Shown here in pieces: positions 17,705 through 27,484 of a stretch of 64,000 bases of DNA. Made by a program: the position numbers and the translations under genes. The stretch is from Candidatus Woesearchaeota archaeon (lineage in GTDB: Archaea > Nanobdellota > Nanobdellia > Woesearchaeales > UBA583), in assembly GCA_023898345.1 (NCBI GenBank), contig CP060218.1, forward strand, positions 1,087,926 to 1,151,925, written 5' to 3'. The stretch's first letter is position 1. Each line of letters starts with the position of its first letter. Under the pieces are notes generated by a model, which ran no database searches, was not told where the DNA came from, and was given only the letters and a program-made list of their open reading frames with translations.

Positions 17705-20700
17705 ATGAGAAAAGAAACCTACTCTCAGATGCGAAAGAGCAAAGCTAGGAAAGTCCTCGCAAGAATTATTTTCCTCTTTTTTATTCTCTTTTACTCTAGT
17801 ACTCTTCTTTTCTCCTCTTCAAGTGTAAAGGCTACTAGTTACGATCCTCCTTGGTGGGACTACCATTACCTTTATCGGCAGGAAATTAATGTGAGTTGGC
17901 CAAGCTCTGGTATTACACAGTACACGGCAAATCTTATCCTTAATAGTAGCAATACGGGAGGAAACTTTAGTTTTACAAGTGATAGAACTTCATTGAGAAT
18001 TGTCTCTTATAATAGCAGTTCAAATAGTAGTACAGAAATCGGCCATTATTCTGCTGACTGGAGTGCTGCAAACCAAAATGCAACTGTACAAATTTTAATC
18101 CCTTACCTTGTTAATTCTGGTGCTTCACGAATTTTTCTTTACTATAAGTATCCTTCTGGAATAAGTTCTGAGACTTATTGTGCTCCATATATCTATTGTG
18201 ACCAATTTGAAGATGCAAGTATTAATGCTTCTCTTTCAAGTGTGGACAATGATGCAAATTCAGGAACTGCTTTCTCTGAAGGCTCTGGAGTTCTTAGTCT
18301 TACTGCGGGAGGATCAGATACTTGGACTGGAGCTGATGAATATAGTTCTGTCTTTTTGAATAACATTGCTGGAGATGTTGAGGTCCTTCTCACAGCAGTT
18401 AGTCAGACAAACTCTAACTCTTGGGCTAAGGCCGGAATTATGTTCAAAAATGACATGACAAGTGCAGGATCCTCTACAGGATATATTTTCAATGTGCGAA
18501 GGCCTGTTGATGGTTATGCTATGCAAACAGATGAAAATAATAATGGTTATCTTGAAACAAATAGTAATGGCGGCAATCCTTCTGCAAATCCTAGCTATCT
18601 GCGAGTTATTAAATCAGGAACTACGTTTAGAGGAGATTATTCAAAAACGGGATACTCGGGTTGGACTAATCTTGGTGGGACGAGAACAATTTCTTCTACA
18701 AATAGCATACAAGATATTGGTATTTCTTTGACTTCCCATGGAGGAGCTACGCTTTGTACTGCTACCTTTGATAACTTTATTGTAAAGCGTTATTCCACAT
18801 CCAGTCCGTCGGCTTATACTTATGGTACAGAGGAAAAACTTGAGGGCATCTACATTATTTTAGATTCTCCTCTTAATGGAACAAATTTCTCTTCTGCAAA
18901 TTTACCCATTAATGTGAGTTTAACTGAAACAGGGAATCTTAGTTATAGTATTGATGGTGGCTCTTTTATTACTGCTTGTACAAACTGTGACAATTATACT
19001 GCAACTCTTGTTTTTTCAAGTGGTGTGCATAACATAAGCTTTTATGCAATTGATGTTCTTAGTGGAAATAGTAGTTCTCAAACTAGTGAGTTCTTTGTCG
19101 ATGCAGAAAACCCCATTATAACTCTTATCTCTCCAAATACAAGTCAAAGTACTTCTGACCTTTCAGTTCAGTTCACGTTCCAAGTTAATGATTCTTCGGC
19201 AATTAATTCTTGTTCTTTGTACATTGAAAATATGCTTGTTGCTACAATGAATAGTCCTAGTAAAAATACAAATCTTAGTTTTGTGACTACAATGTGTTCA
19301 AAAACTTCAGATTGGTTTATCAGTTGCACGGATGCCTTTAATAAAACAACAAATAGTAGTACTTTGCAAATACTGTCAAAGTTCTTAGCTCCTTGGTGGA
19401 ATACAAGTTTCCTTTCTCGCAAAGAAATTATTCTTCATTCTGATCTTACGAGTTCTCTTTCAAATTATCCTGTTTATCTGGATATTGAAAAAACTGCTCA
19501 AATGCAAAGTGACTTTTCTGATCTGCGGTTTGTTCATTATGAAAATCAAACGAATACGACAACTCCTCTTTCTTATTTCATTATCTCAACAAATGCTTCT
19601 CATGCTAGGATTTGGGTAAATGTTACAACGATTACTAGTCAAAATGAAACGGTCCTCTATTTGTACTATGAAAATGATTCAACTGTTTCTCCTCTTAGTT
19701 CTGCTGCAAGTGTTTTCTTTTCAAATCAGATTTGGCTTAATTCTTTTAGCTGGCCTTATCCGAGTGTTGCGGATTATGCGTACTCACACCAAGACTTTGA
19801 AGATGCTCTTGCTTTGAATCCGAGTATTTTCGGAAATGGAACTGCTACACAAATTTATGAAACTTCAAATCCGTATGGTAGTGATGATATGTTCTTCTTG
19901 CAATATCGTCTTCTTTTCTTGGCAAATGAGAGCGGTACTACATACTTTGGAACGGACAGTGATGATGCTTCGGAAATTATTCTCAAGACTGATGATGACA
20001 GAAATTATAGTTCTACTATTGCAAGCTGGTATGGCGCTCATGGAACTGTCGGCAATTACAACACGTACAGTGGATCTTTTTCAACGAGTTCTGGAAATGG
20101 ATATTGGGTTGAGTATCGGATGCAGGAAAATGCTGGCGGACAAGCTGCGGATATGGGTGTTCGTTTGCCTTCTGCTGGAGCTTACAGTAGGGCAAGCACT
20201 ACGAATTTCCCGAATACCTTCTATTACAGGGAATATAGAGAAGGAAGTGAACCTCAGATGCTTTGTGTTGGTGATGAAGAAAGCCAAAATAACCCTCCAA
20301 CTCTTACTCTTTTGAGTCCTGTTAATGCTTCTAAGATTGTGCAAAATTCAACCGTTACTTTTTTGTGGAATATTAGTGATGAGAGTACAAATCTGACGTG
20401 TAAGTTTTTCTTGGATGGGATTTTGAACAGCAGCTTTAATTGTACATCAGGTAATAATTCCTTGTCTCTTGACTTAGATAGGGGTGTGCATAATTGGACT
20501 GTTGAAGCAAGTGATGAACAAAATGAATCTACAAATTCTTCAACATATTATTTTACATTAATTTATGATAGTGCTCTGCACTTTGAAAAGGAATTGAAAA
20601 ATATTAACACAAATCAATTTATTGTTACTTTTAACATTTCTAATCTTTTGAACAATATTTCAATGAATGCTAGTGTGCATGACTTTGTCGCTCTAAACTT

Positions 20701-20884
20701 TAGTGATGGTTCTCACACGCCAATGTATGACAGCACGTTTGATATTTATGGTCCTTTTTTCTTTGGAACAATTCGGGAATGGAATGTGAGTTTGTCTCTT
20801 TCTGGAAATGCGAGTCTCAATTATTCAAGTGCCGGAATTTCGGATTATCATGCTTCTGATTTGTTTATGTTTGGTGGCGATTAG
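17705..20884 (+). CDS. Large N-glycosylated surface protein (S-layer/adhesin-like) with two DUF2341-like domains
   Basis: 1059 aa with an N-terminal signal/anchor, more than 40 N-x-S/T sequons, and two DUF2341-like segments (WWDYHYLYRQEINVS... and WWNTSFLSRKEIILHSDLTSSLSNYPVYLDIEKTAQMQSDFSDLRFVHYENQTN). Confidence 0.75.
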   Translation: MRKETYSQMRKSKARKVLARIIFLFFILFYSSTLLFSSSSVKATSYDPPWWDYHYLYRQEINVSWPSSGITQYTANLILNSSNTGGNFSFTSDRTSLRIVSYNSSSNSSTEIGHYSADWSAANQNATVQILIPYLVNSGASRIFLYYKYPSGISSETYCAPYIYCDQFEDASINASLSSVDNDANSGTAFSEGSGVLSLTAGGSDTWTGADEYSSVFLNNIAGDVEVLLTAVSQTNSNSWAKAGIMFKNDMTSAGSSTGYIFNVRRPVDGYAMQTDENNNGYLETNSNGGNPSANPSYLRVIKSGTTFRGDYSKTGYSGWTNLGGTRTISSTNSIQDIGISLTSHGGATLCTATFDNFIVKRYSTSSPSAYTYGTEEKLEGIYIILDSPLNGTNFSSANLPINVSLTETGNLSYSIDGGSFITACTNCDNYTATLVFSSGVHNISFYAIDVLSGNSSSQTSEFFVDAENPIITLISPNTSQSTSDLSVQFTFQVNDSSAINSCSLYIENMLVATMNSPSKNTNLSFVTTMCSKTSDWFISCTDAFNKTTNSSTLQILSKFLAPWWNTSFLSRKEIILHSDLTSSLSNYPVYLDIEKTAQMQSDFSDLRFVHYENQTNTTTPLSYFIISTNASHARIWVNVTTITSQNETVLYLYYENDSTVSPLSSAASVFFSNQIWLNSFSWPYPSVADYAYSHQDFEDALALNPSIFGNGTATQIYETSNPYGSDDMFFLQYRLLFLANESGTTYFGTDSDDASEIILKTDDDRNYSSTIASWYGAHGTVGNYNTYSGSFSTSSGNGYWVEYRMQENAGGQAADMGVRLPSAGAYSRASTTNFPNTFYYREYREGSEPQMLCVGDEESQNNPPTLTLLSPVNASKIVQNSTVTFLWNISDESTNLTCKFFLDGILNSSFNCTSGNNSLSLDLDRGVHNWTVEASDEQNESTNSSTYYFTLIYDSALHFEKELKNINTNQFIVTFNISNLLNNISMNASVHDFVALNFSDGSHTPMYDSTFDIYGPFFFGTIREWNVSLSLSGNASLNYSSAGISDYHASDLFMFGGD

Positions 20885-20916
20885 GGAAGAAAGGGGATAA
20901 GAGATTGGTAAAGTAG

Positions 20917-22308
20917 TTAGAATTCTTGAATGACTTTTGCTAGAATTTCGTTCACGACTTGCGGCTTTGCTGTTCCTTTGGTCTCGCGCATGACGATGCC
21001 GACAATGAAGTTCAGTGCTTTGTCGTTGCCGTTCTTGAAATCCTCTACTGCTTTTGGTGCTTCTCTTAAAGCTTTTCTCAGGAGTTCTTCTATGAGCGCC
21101 GTGTCCTGAACTTGGAGGAGATTGTTTTCTTCAACATATGCCTTGATGTCGAATTTCTCATCATACAATTTTTCGAGAAGTTTTTGTGCTGTCGTGTAAG
21201 AAATCTTGTCTGAACCGAGAAGCTCAAGTAGGTTTGAAAGTTCTTCTTTGATGTTCTTTTCTTCTAGTGTGTGCATATCTTCATGATGATAATTCAAAAC
21301 TCTTGGAACTTCTCGACGAAGGAAAAGTCCAACTTCTTTTGGGTTGGGTTTTTGTTCTAGTGCGTGCTCAAAGAGCTGGGTTAAATATGCGTTTGCAACT
21401 AAAACTTCAATGTCTTCTTTTGAAAGGGAATAGGCTGCATACCTTTGGCGTTTCTGTTCTGGAAGTTCTGGCAATGATGCTTTGAGCTCAGCTATCCATT
21501 TGTCGTCGATGATGAGATTGGGAAGGTCTGGCTCTGGAAGGAACATATAATCTTGTGCGTCTTCTTTGGAGCGCATAAACTGCGTTTCGTCTAGTTCGTC
21601 GTTGTAACGGCGGGTCTCTTGCTTTATTGGCTCTCCTTTACTTACACATTCTCTTTGTCTTGCTATTTCTGCTTCTGCTGCTTTGACGATGTTTGTGATG
21701 GAACTTACGTTTTTTATTTCTACTCTTTGATAGTCGGACTCTTCAATGGAAACATTGACGTCGGACTTTATTCCGTACTCTTCGTTGAGCGCTTTGAGGT
21801 ATTTGGAAACTAAAATGAGTTCTTCAAGCCAGTCGCGTAATTGTTCTGTACTGGTGAACTGGGGTTTTGTCACGATTTCTGCAAGGGGAAATCCACTTCT
21901 GTTATAATTAATTTCTCCTGTTACGGGATCCCATGCTGCTGGGTCTTCTTCTATGTGCAGTTCTTCAAGTTCAATTCCTTTGAAGCTTCCTCCTATTCCG
22001 TTTGGCGCTATGTGTCCTCCGGAAATGGTTCGCTGAAATCCTGTCGGCATGTCTGGCCAGGTGTAGTGTTTTCTTTGAAAGTAAGTGTTTTTTGTGATGG
22101 AAGAATTGAAAATCAAAGCTAATTTTATGACATGCGCAATTGCTGTTTTGTTTGGCAGCATTGGCTTTGCGCCCGGCTGGCCTGTACAGCGCTCGCAGAT
22201 TGTCGTGTTTATTGGAGAGTTTTGTTCAGGTATTTTGCAAGTACAAAAGAGCTTTTCCTTTGTCCTGAGATGCATGTGTATTTCAAGACCTATTTTTATA
22301 TTTCCCAT
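20917..22308 (-). CDS. gatB: Asp-tRNA(Asn)/Glu-tRNA(Gln) amidotransferase subunit B
   Basis: IGLEIHMHLRTKEKLFCTC...CERCTGQPGAKPMLPNKTAIAHVIKLALIFNSSI matches the conserved GatB N-terminal region. 463 aa with C-terminal GatB/YqeY-like helices. Confidence 0.9.
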   Translation of the reverse strand: MGNIKIGLEIHMHLRTKEKLFCTCKIPEQNSPINTTICERCTGQPGAKPMLPNKTAIAHVIKLALIFNSSITKNTYFQRKHYTWPDMPTGFQRTISGGHIAPNGIGGSFKGIELEELHIEEDPAAWDPVTGEINYNRSGFPLAEIVTKPQFTSTEQLRDWLEELILVSKYLKALNEEYGIKSDVNVSIEESDYQRVEIKNVSSITNIVKAAEAEIARQRECVSKGEPIKQETRRYNDELDETQFMRSKEDAQDYMFLPEPDLPNLIIDDKWIAELKASLPELPEQKRQRYAAYSLSKEDIEVLVANAYLTQLFEHALEQKPNPKEVGLFLRREVPRVLNYHHEDMHTLEEKNIKEELSNLLELLGSDKISYTTAQKLLEKLYDEKFDIKAYVEENNLLQVQDTALIEELLRKALREAPKAVEDFKNGNDKALNFIVGIVMRETKGTAKPQVVNEILAKVIQEF

Positions 22309-22397
22309 AGTTTTGGCGAAATGACGGAGCTTTATATATGTTTGTCGTTTGTCTTTGTGAAGATTTGGAAAAAGGAAATGTCTATTGTTTCCCTTCT

Positions 22398-25136
22398 CTA
22401 CTCATAACTAATGCCTTCTTCAAAAAGCTGGAAAACTTCGTCGCCGTTCAAGCTTGTATTCCACACACTGATTTCATCGAGAAGGCAATTCACTTCGTAG
22501 CTGGCTGTGGGGTGGCGGCCAAAGTAAAGCGAAGCTTCGGGGAGTGTATTTTCAGCGCCACTTTTGCTCCCGATAAAAGTGCCGTTAAGGTAGTATTGCA
22601 AACCGGAACTTGTGCTGACGAAGGTGACATGGTGCCAGGTGTTCAATGAGAGTTGGCCAAAGGCATCGTATTCGTATGTCCCGTTTCCAAGCAGCGCATC
22701 TATTGTTCTGTCGCCGGGCCAGTTCAAAACTGTTCCTTGGCCGAGGTATCCGACGTCGGAGTTTGTCACTAAGTATTTGTTGCCGCTGCCGCTGCGAAAG
22801 TTCACCCAAAAGGAAAGTGTTTTGATTGTTCCATTGATGGGAAGATCTAGATAGCTTGTGCCTGATGTTCCGGGGAGGTCAAAGGAGGAGCCGTCAATGC
22901 CCCAACTGTTATAGGTCACGGAGCTGCCTTTGCTGCCGTCATGGTGATAGGAGGAATTGTCGAGTACGGAATTTTCGCCTTTCCAATGACCGAGTAAACT
23001 TGCATTTGCTGGAAGGCCGGAGTTACTTGGTGGTGAGGTTGGTGTGTCAAAGTTTTCCATGCTTGCTGCATAGAGTTGGTAGATGCTGCTTTGGTTAAGG
23101 GAAACACCCCACACACTGATTTCATCGAGAAGGCAATTCACTTCGTAGCTGGGTGTTGGGTGTCTTCCAAGGTAAAGGGAGGCTTCGCTAAGGGAATTGA
23201 TGGCTCCGACTGTTAGGCCTTTGTACGCGCCGTTGAGATAGTACTCTTGGCCTGAGCCTGTGCTGACGAAGGTGACGTAGTACCAGGTGTTCAAAGAGAG
23301 GGTTCCGAAATCATTGAAGGCATATACTCCGTTTCCGAGAAGGGAGTCTATTGTTCTGTCGCCGGGCCAGTTCACAACGGTTCCTTGGCCGAGGTATCCG
23401 ACGTCGGAGTTTGTTACGAGGTATTTGTTGCCGGTGCCGCTGCGAAAGTTCACCCAAAAGGAAAGTGTTTTGATTGTTCCATTGATGGGAAGATCTAGAT
23501 AACTTGTACCTGATGTTCCGGGGAGGTCAAAGGCTGTTCCGAAGGGGCCGGAGGTGGTGTACGTCACGGCTGATCCGAGTGTGGCGCTTTTGTTGTTTGC
23601 TGAACTGTCGAGGGAAGTATTTTCGCCTTTCCAGTATCCGATTAAACCGTAGCTGTTGTTAAAGGGGGAAACTGGGGCAAGTTCTTCTTCGCTTACAAGG
23701 CTGTACTTTTGCGGACAGTCCAAAGCGTTACAGTCGCTTGCACTCACAACAACGAGCCACTGCCCGGACTCGATTTCGCTTGTATTCACGTACACTTGCT
23801 CGACGTTGTTGAGGTGATCGCTTTCGTTACGCCAAGCTTCTCGTGCGGGTGTGTTCGGGTCGAGTGTCCAGGGATAGAATGTTTGTCCGGATGGCGATAG
23901 GAGTTTGAGGTCAAGGTCGTTGATGAGGTTGGCTCCGGGAACGTCGTCCCAAGCTAGCGTTACTTTGAGTGAGCTTTGTGCGCTGATGTTGATTGCGTAC
24001 ACGTCCACGTCAGAGATGTCTGAAATGTTTGCTTCTAGGAATGTTCCGTTGATGATTCGGTCCACAGCTCCTTTGGCGTTGAGTAGTCCGTACCCGTTCA
24101 CGTAGTCGGGGCCGTCGATGATTTCACTCCCGTTGCCGCTACGGTGTAGGTCTGTCGTCGAATCTAGCAAAAGGGCTTTGATTGTCGATGGGAGCGGGTC
24201 TTCGTCGTAGCCGGACTTGTTCCACCGTTCGAGCATAAGCGCGATGGTTCCACTGACGTGTGGCGCTGACATGGAGGTTCCGCTAACAGTTGCATAATTA
24301 TTTGTTCCATTTGTAGTTGTGATTCCATTTCCAGGTGCAACTAAATCAGGTTTTATTCTTCCACCATTTGTTGGACCAAGTCCCGATGTAAAGCTAATAA
24401 CACCACTGTCGTAAACATTACCTACGGAAATGGTGTTTTTTGCAACTGCTTCTGGAGCAATAGTAAAATACCCCGTTGTTAGATTACAGTTTTGAGAATT
24501 ACCAACAGCCCAAACTATTGGAACTTTTCTAGTTGTATAATTTCCATAAACCAATTCATCTATTAATTGAGTAAAAGAATTATATTCTCCCAATACTTCA
24601 CATTGCTTATGTCCATAGGAATTTGAAATTACATTAATACTGTAATTATCAATTCCAGTTTTATAGTTAGATTCTAAGTCATAACTATATCCAAAAGGTA
24701 ATAAATCTTCTTGGTACCCATAAATTTTTGCTTCAGGAGCTACCCCAACATAACTTGAATTTAGATTTCCGTCCCCTATCATTATACCTGCAACCCTAGT
24801 TGCATGGTCTGATGTAGAAGGAGCCAAATTTAAGATTTGTAGTCTAGTTGCAAAATCTGTATGGTTACTCGCAACTTCTCTTTCATATTGTAAAATATTT
24901 ATATTGCTCCCCTGTAAATCATAAGGGTTTTCATAAAGAATAGGAATTTTACTAACATTTTTAGAACTATCTAAAAAATTTTTGCTATTCTGTAATTCAA
25001 CATCAATAAATAATATTTCGTCTGTATTGGATAAGATGAATAATGTTTCTTCATATGTGAGAGAATTTGAAAATGCATTAACTGAAAGTAATAATATCAT
25101 CAGTAATAAAAATTGACTATTTTTAAAATAACTCAT
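22398..25136 (-). CDS. Secreted S8 subtilisin-like serine protease with two C-terminal LamG/concanavalin-like lectin domains
   Basis: Signal peptide, catalytic His (HATRVAGIM) and Ser (GTSMSAPHVSGTIALM) motifs, then two ~190-aa tandem repeats (YLDLPINGTIKTLSFWVNFRSG...CLLDEISVW). The start overlaps the upstream gene by 4 nt. Confidence 0.9.
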   Translation of the reverse strand: MSYFKNSQFLLLMILLLSVNAFSNSLTYEETLFILSNTDEILFIDVELQNSKNFLDSSKNVSKIPILYENPYDLQGSNINILQYEREVASNHTDFATRLQILNLAPSTSDHATRVAGIMIGDGNLNSSYVGVAPEAKIYGYQEDLLPFGYSYDLESNYKTGIDNYSINVISNSYGHKQCEVLGEYNSFTQLIDELVYGNYTTRKVPIVWAVGNSQNCNLTTGYFTIAPEAVAKNTISVGNVYDSGVISFTSGLGPTNGGRIKPDLVAPGNGITTTNGTNNYATVSGTSMSAPHVSGTIALMLERWNKSGYDEDPLPSTIKALLLDSTTDLHRSGNGSEIIDGPDYVNGYGLLNAKGAVDRIINGTFLEANISDISDVDVYAINISAQSSLKVTLAWDDVPGANLINDLDLKLLSPSGQTFYPWTLDPNTPAREAWRNESDHLNNVEQVYVNTSEIESGQWLVVVSASDCNALDCPQKYSLVSEEELAPVSPFNNSYGLIGYWKGENTSLDSSANNKSATLGSAVTYTTSGPFGTAFDLPGTSGTSYLDLPINGTIKTLSFWVNFRSGTGNKYLVTNSDVGYLGQGTVVNWPGDRTIDSLLGNGVYAFNDFGTLSLNTWYYVTFVSTGSGQEYYLNGAYKGLTVGAINSLSEASLYLGRHPTPSYEVNCLLDEISVWGVSLNQSSIYQLYAASMENFDTPTSPPSNSGLPANASLLGHWKGENSVLDNSSYHHDGSKGSSVTYNSWGIDGSSFDLPGTSGTSYLDLPINGTIKTLSFWVNFRSGSGNKYLVTNSDVGYLGQGTVLNWPGDRTIDALLGNGTYEYDAFGQLSLNTWHHVTFVSTSSGLQYYLNGTFIGSKSGAENTLPEASLYFGRHPTASYEVNCLLDEISVWNTSLNGDEVFQLFEEGISYE

Positions 25137-25423
25137 TTTTCATAGCACCTCTCTAGTACACATTGGTGATCTTCATTACAGGAAGTTCCGCAATAATCAT
25201 TAAGGCAAACACTTCCAAAGTTAGTACTACCTTTTTTCTCATGATATAAATTTACACCTTGACAATCTATATAATCAAAGCGACATTCACTATCTTGTTC
25301 ACAATACTGCTTATCCAGCATGTACTTTGGATGTGTTATCCAAGCAGGATTGAGTATTAAGTAGATGGCAATTAAGACAAGAAATATACTTCCCAGAATA
25401 ATTGCTAATTTTTTCTTATTCAT
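25133..25423 (-). CDS. Small Cys-rich membrane-anchored/secreted protein (family member Cys0), translationally coupled to the subtilase
   Basis: 96 aa with N-terminal TM LAIILGSIFLVLIAIYLIL and 10 Cys (YCEQDSECRFDYIDCQG...CLNDYCGTSCNEDHQCVLERC). ATGA stop/start overlap with the subtilase. Confidence 0.65.
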   Translation of the reverse strand: MNKKKLAIILGSIFLVLIAIYLILNPAWITHPKYMLDKQYCEQDSECRFDYIDCQGVNLYHEKKGSTNFGSVCLNDYCGTSCNEDHQCVLERCYEK

Positions 25424-26172
25424 TCTTCATCACCAACATAAACACGTACTGTCAAAGCATGAAGAGTTTGAAGCTGACTTACAACATTCAAACCTTTTTT
25501 CTCAAGTACTATTTGAGCATCATCAAGAGATACATCTTTGTGAATATGAACAGTCAGATACGCATAAGCTTCTTCATCAAGATAATCACTACTTAAGGTA
25601 TTTGCTTGGAGAACAGGGCCAAACTTTTGCTCAAGGCTAAAATCTAAAACTGAACGAATTTTTGTACTCCCTAAAAAAGAGTTTAGTTGCGGATTATAAT
25701 TGAGATTTGAAAAATTTGTTTGGTCTGATTCAAGTACGTACTGAGTCGAACTAGGACTTACGGCTACAAGGTAAGCATTTGCTCCTTGATATTCGAGAAC
25801 ATTTATTCCTTTCTCAAAGAGAACAGATATGTCCTCTTTTGATAAGGGTGTAAAAAATTGAAAGACTAAATAAGACTGAGAATTTGCATTCCTTAGTTTT
25901 TCTCTTAAATCATCATCAATGCCTTCAGTAGGAACGGTTTTGCTTGTTTTTAGAATATACTTTTCTAAAGCTTGCTTTTTGTCATATACTTTTATATTAC
26001 TTAAAGACGAGTTGCTTTCATTCAACTCCTTTACCTCCAAAGATGAATTTTCAGAACTGAGATTTTGAGCGTAAACTAATCCTACAAAGACTAACAAGAA
26101 CAAAAGAATTGTACCTGCGAACAGTTTTCGTATCATAGTTTTATAGACTTTTTTTTTGAAATATTTTTTCAT
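25420..26172 (-). CDS. Secreted hypothetical protein (N-terminal TM/signal); shares the conserved upstream leader block with the Cys-rich genes
   Basis: Start chosen at the internal ATG (MKKYFKKK...MIRKLFAGTILLFLLVFVGLVYA). The ORF-track N-terminal extension (FKTNHIKK) is translated promoter sequence shared with 26645..27082 and 27485..27871. Confidence 0.5.
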   Translation of the reverse strand: MKKYFKKKVYKTMIRKLFAGTILLFLLVFVGLVYAQNLSSENSSLEVKELNESNSSLSNIKVYDKKQALEKYILKTSKTVPTEGIDDDLREKLRNANSQSYLVFQFFTPLSKEDISVLFEKGINVLEYQGANAYLVAVSPSSTQYVLESDQTNFSNLNYNPQLNSFLGSTKIRSVLDFSLEQKFGPVLQANTLSSDYLDEEAYAYLTVHIHKDVSLDDAQIVLEKKGLNVVSQLQTLHALTVRVYVGDEE

Positions 26173-26289
26173 GCTTTTTACTCTCCAAATTCTTTTCTTT
26201 ATATGATTTGTCTTGAAAACTGAGGTTATGCTAAAAAGAATTACAAACAAAAATATTATTGCTTTCATTTTGCACGCACACATGAATTA

Positions 26290-26564
26290 TTTATTGAACA
26301 CTTATTATTGACACAATTTGAAATTCCACAAGTAACTATTTTGCAAATTCCTGTTTCTTCATAATTTGTTTGGTAAACATTGATTGGTTCACAAGTAGCA
26401 AATTGGAAACAATCACTATCTTGCTCACAATACTACTGTTTATCCATCATATCTTTCGGATGAGTTATCCAAGCAGGATGTACAATTACATATATTACCA
26501 ATGTCATAAGCAAAATACTTCCAACTATGAAGCCGATTTTTTTTGAATTTATCTTAACCATTTT
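26290..26564 (-). pseudogene. Paralog of the Cys-rich protein family interrupted by an in-frame TAG (3-nt insertion)
   Basis: Manual translation gives MVKINSKKIGFIVGSILLMTLVIYVIVHPAWITHPKDMMDKQ*YCEQDSDCFQFATCEP...CVNNKCSINNSCVRAK. Versus 25133..25423 the only disruption is an inserted tag codon (cagTAGtattgt vs cagtattgt). Confidence 0.55.
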
Positions 26565-26644
26565 TTTGAATATTTTTTTTGAAATTCTTTTCTTTATATG
26601 AAAACAAAGAAAGAGAGAAAAAGTAAGGTTTTTTTCTATTCATT

Positions 26645-26959
26645 TTAACTTTCCCCTCCTGCCTGTAAGAGGACAGCACATTTATTGTCAGACCCACAGG
26701 AAATTACTATCCCCGAATTGCTACACTCCGTAGTATTCCAGTTATTAGAAAAATATTTATTGCCTAAAGAACAATTTGTAGAGATACAATCATCCCCTTT
26801 TTCGCAGTACAAAGGGTCGTTCAAATACCTCACATCAATGCCCATGTAATACGCTTTGATATTATTCTGATACATAAAACCAAGGGCAATAAGGCACAGC
26901 ACAATAACTATGCTCCCAACAAAAATCTTTTGTTTCTCACCTATGTTTATCTTAACCAT
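26645..26959 (-). CDS. Small Cys-rich membrane-anchored/secreted protein (Cys1)
   Basis: Start at internal ATG (MVKINIGEKQKIFVGSIVIVLCLIALGF...). Shares the DVRYLNDPLYCE..DC motif with the paralogs. 9 Cys. Confidence 0.6.
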   Translation of the reverse strand: MVKINIGEKQKIFVGSIVIVLCLIALGFMYQNNIKAYYMGIDVRYLNDPLYCEKGDDCISTNCSLGNKYFSNNWNTTECSNSGIVISCGSDNKCAVLLQAGGES

Positions 26960-27074
26960 TTTTTTGAATATTCTTTTTGAATTTTTTTTCTTTATATGAT
27001 TTGTCTTGAAAATTTTCACCTTTTTTTGTTTTTTCAAAGCGTAGTTTTTTCTGTATGAAATATCTCTACAATTC

Positions 27075-27262
27075 GCTCCCATTCACGTACACTTGCTCGA
27101 CGTTGTTGAGGTGATCGCTTTCGTTACGCCAAGCTTCTCGTGCGGGTGTGTTCGGGTCGAGTGTCCAGGGATAGAATGTTTGTCCGGAGGGTGAGAGGAG
27201 TTTGAGATCTAAGTCGTTGATGAGGTTGGCTCCGGGAACGTCGTCCCAAGCTAGCGTTACTA
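27075..27262 (-). pseudogene. ~190-bp internal fragment of the subtilase gene (copy of ~23774..23960, about 93-95% identity)
   Basis: Encodes LAWDDVPGANLINDLDLKLLSPSGQTFYPWTLDPNTPAREAWRNESDHLNNVEQVYVN, identical to subtilase residues ~390-450. No start and no catalytic residues. Confidence 0.8.
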
Positions 27263-27484
27263 ATTCCTTTTTTTGACTAAAAATTAGAATCTCCAATAAT
27301 TACCTCTGTATCTTGTTTAGATGAGTAAGGAGTAAGCTGAATTTTTTGTAAGTTTGTGGCATTTGTTTCATTTCTCGAAAAAAGGTTAAGAGATTCATTT
27401 TGTTCGAGATATTATCTGAAGCTAAAATAGGCCCAATAATTAAGTGAAAAAACATTGTTATGAAGTAAAATAGGAAAGAGGTTT

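Noticed and set aside
26290-26564. In-frame TAG as evidence of an alternative genetic code (e.g. pyrrolysine)
   Set aside because: Single instance seen. Paralogs have no codon at that position (it is a 3-nt insertion), so nonsense insertion is more parsimonious. Kept as a finding only as something to check.
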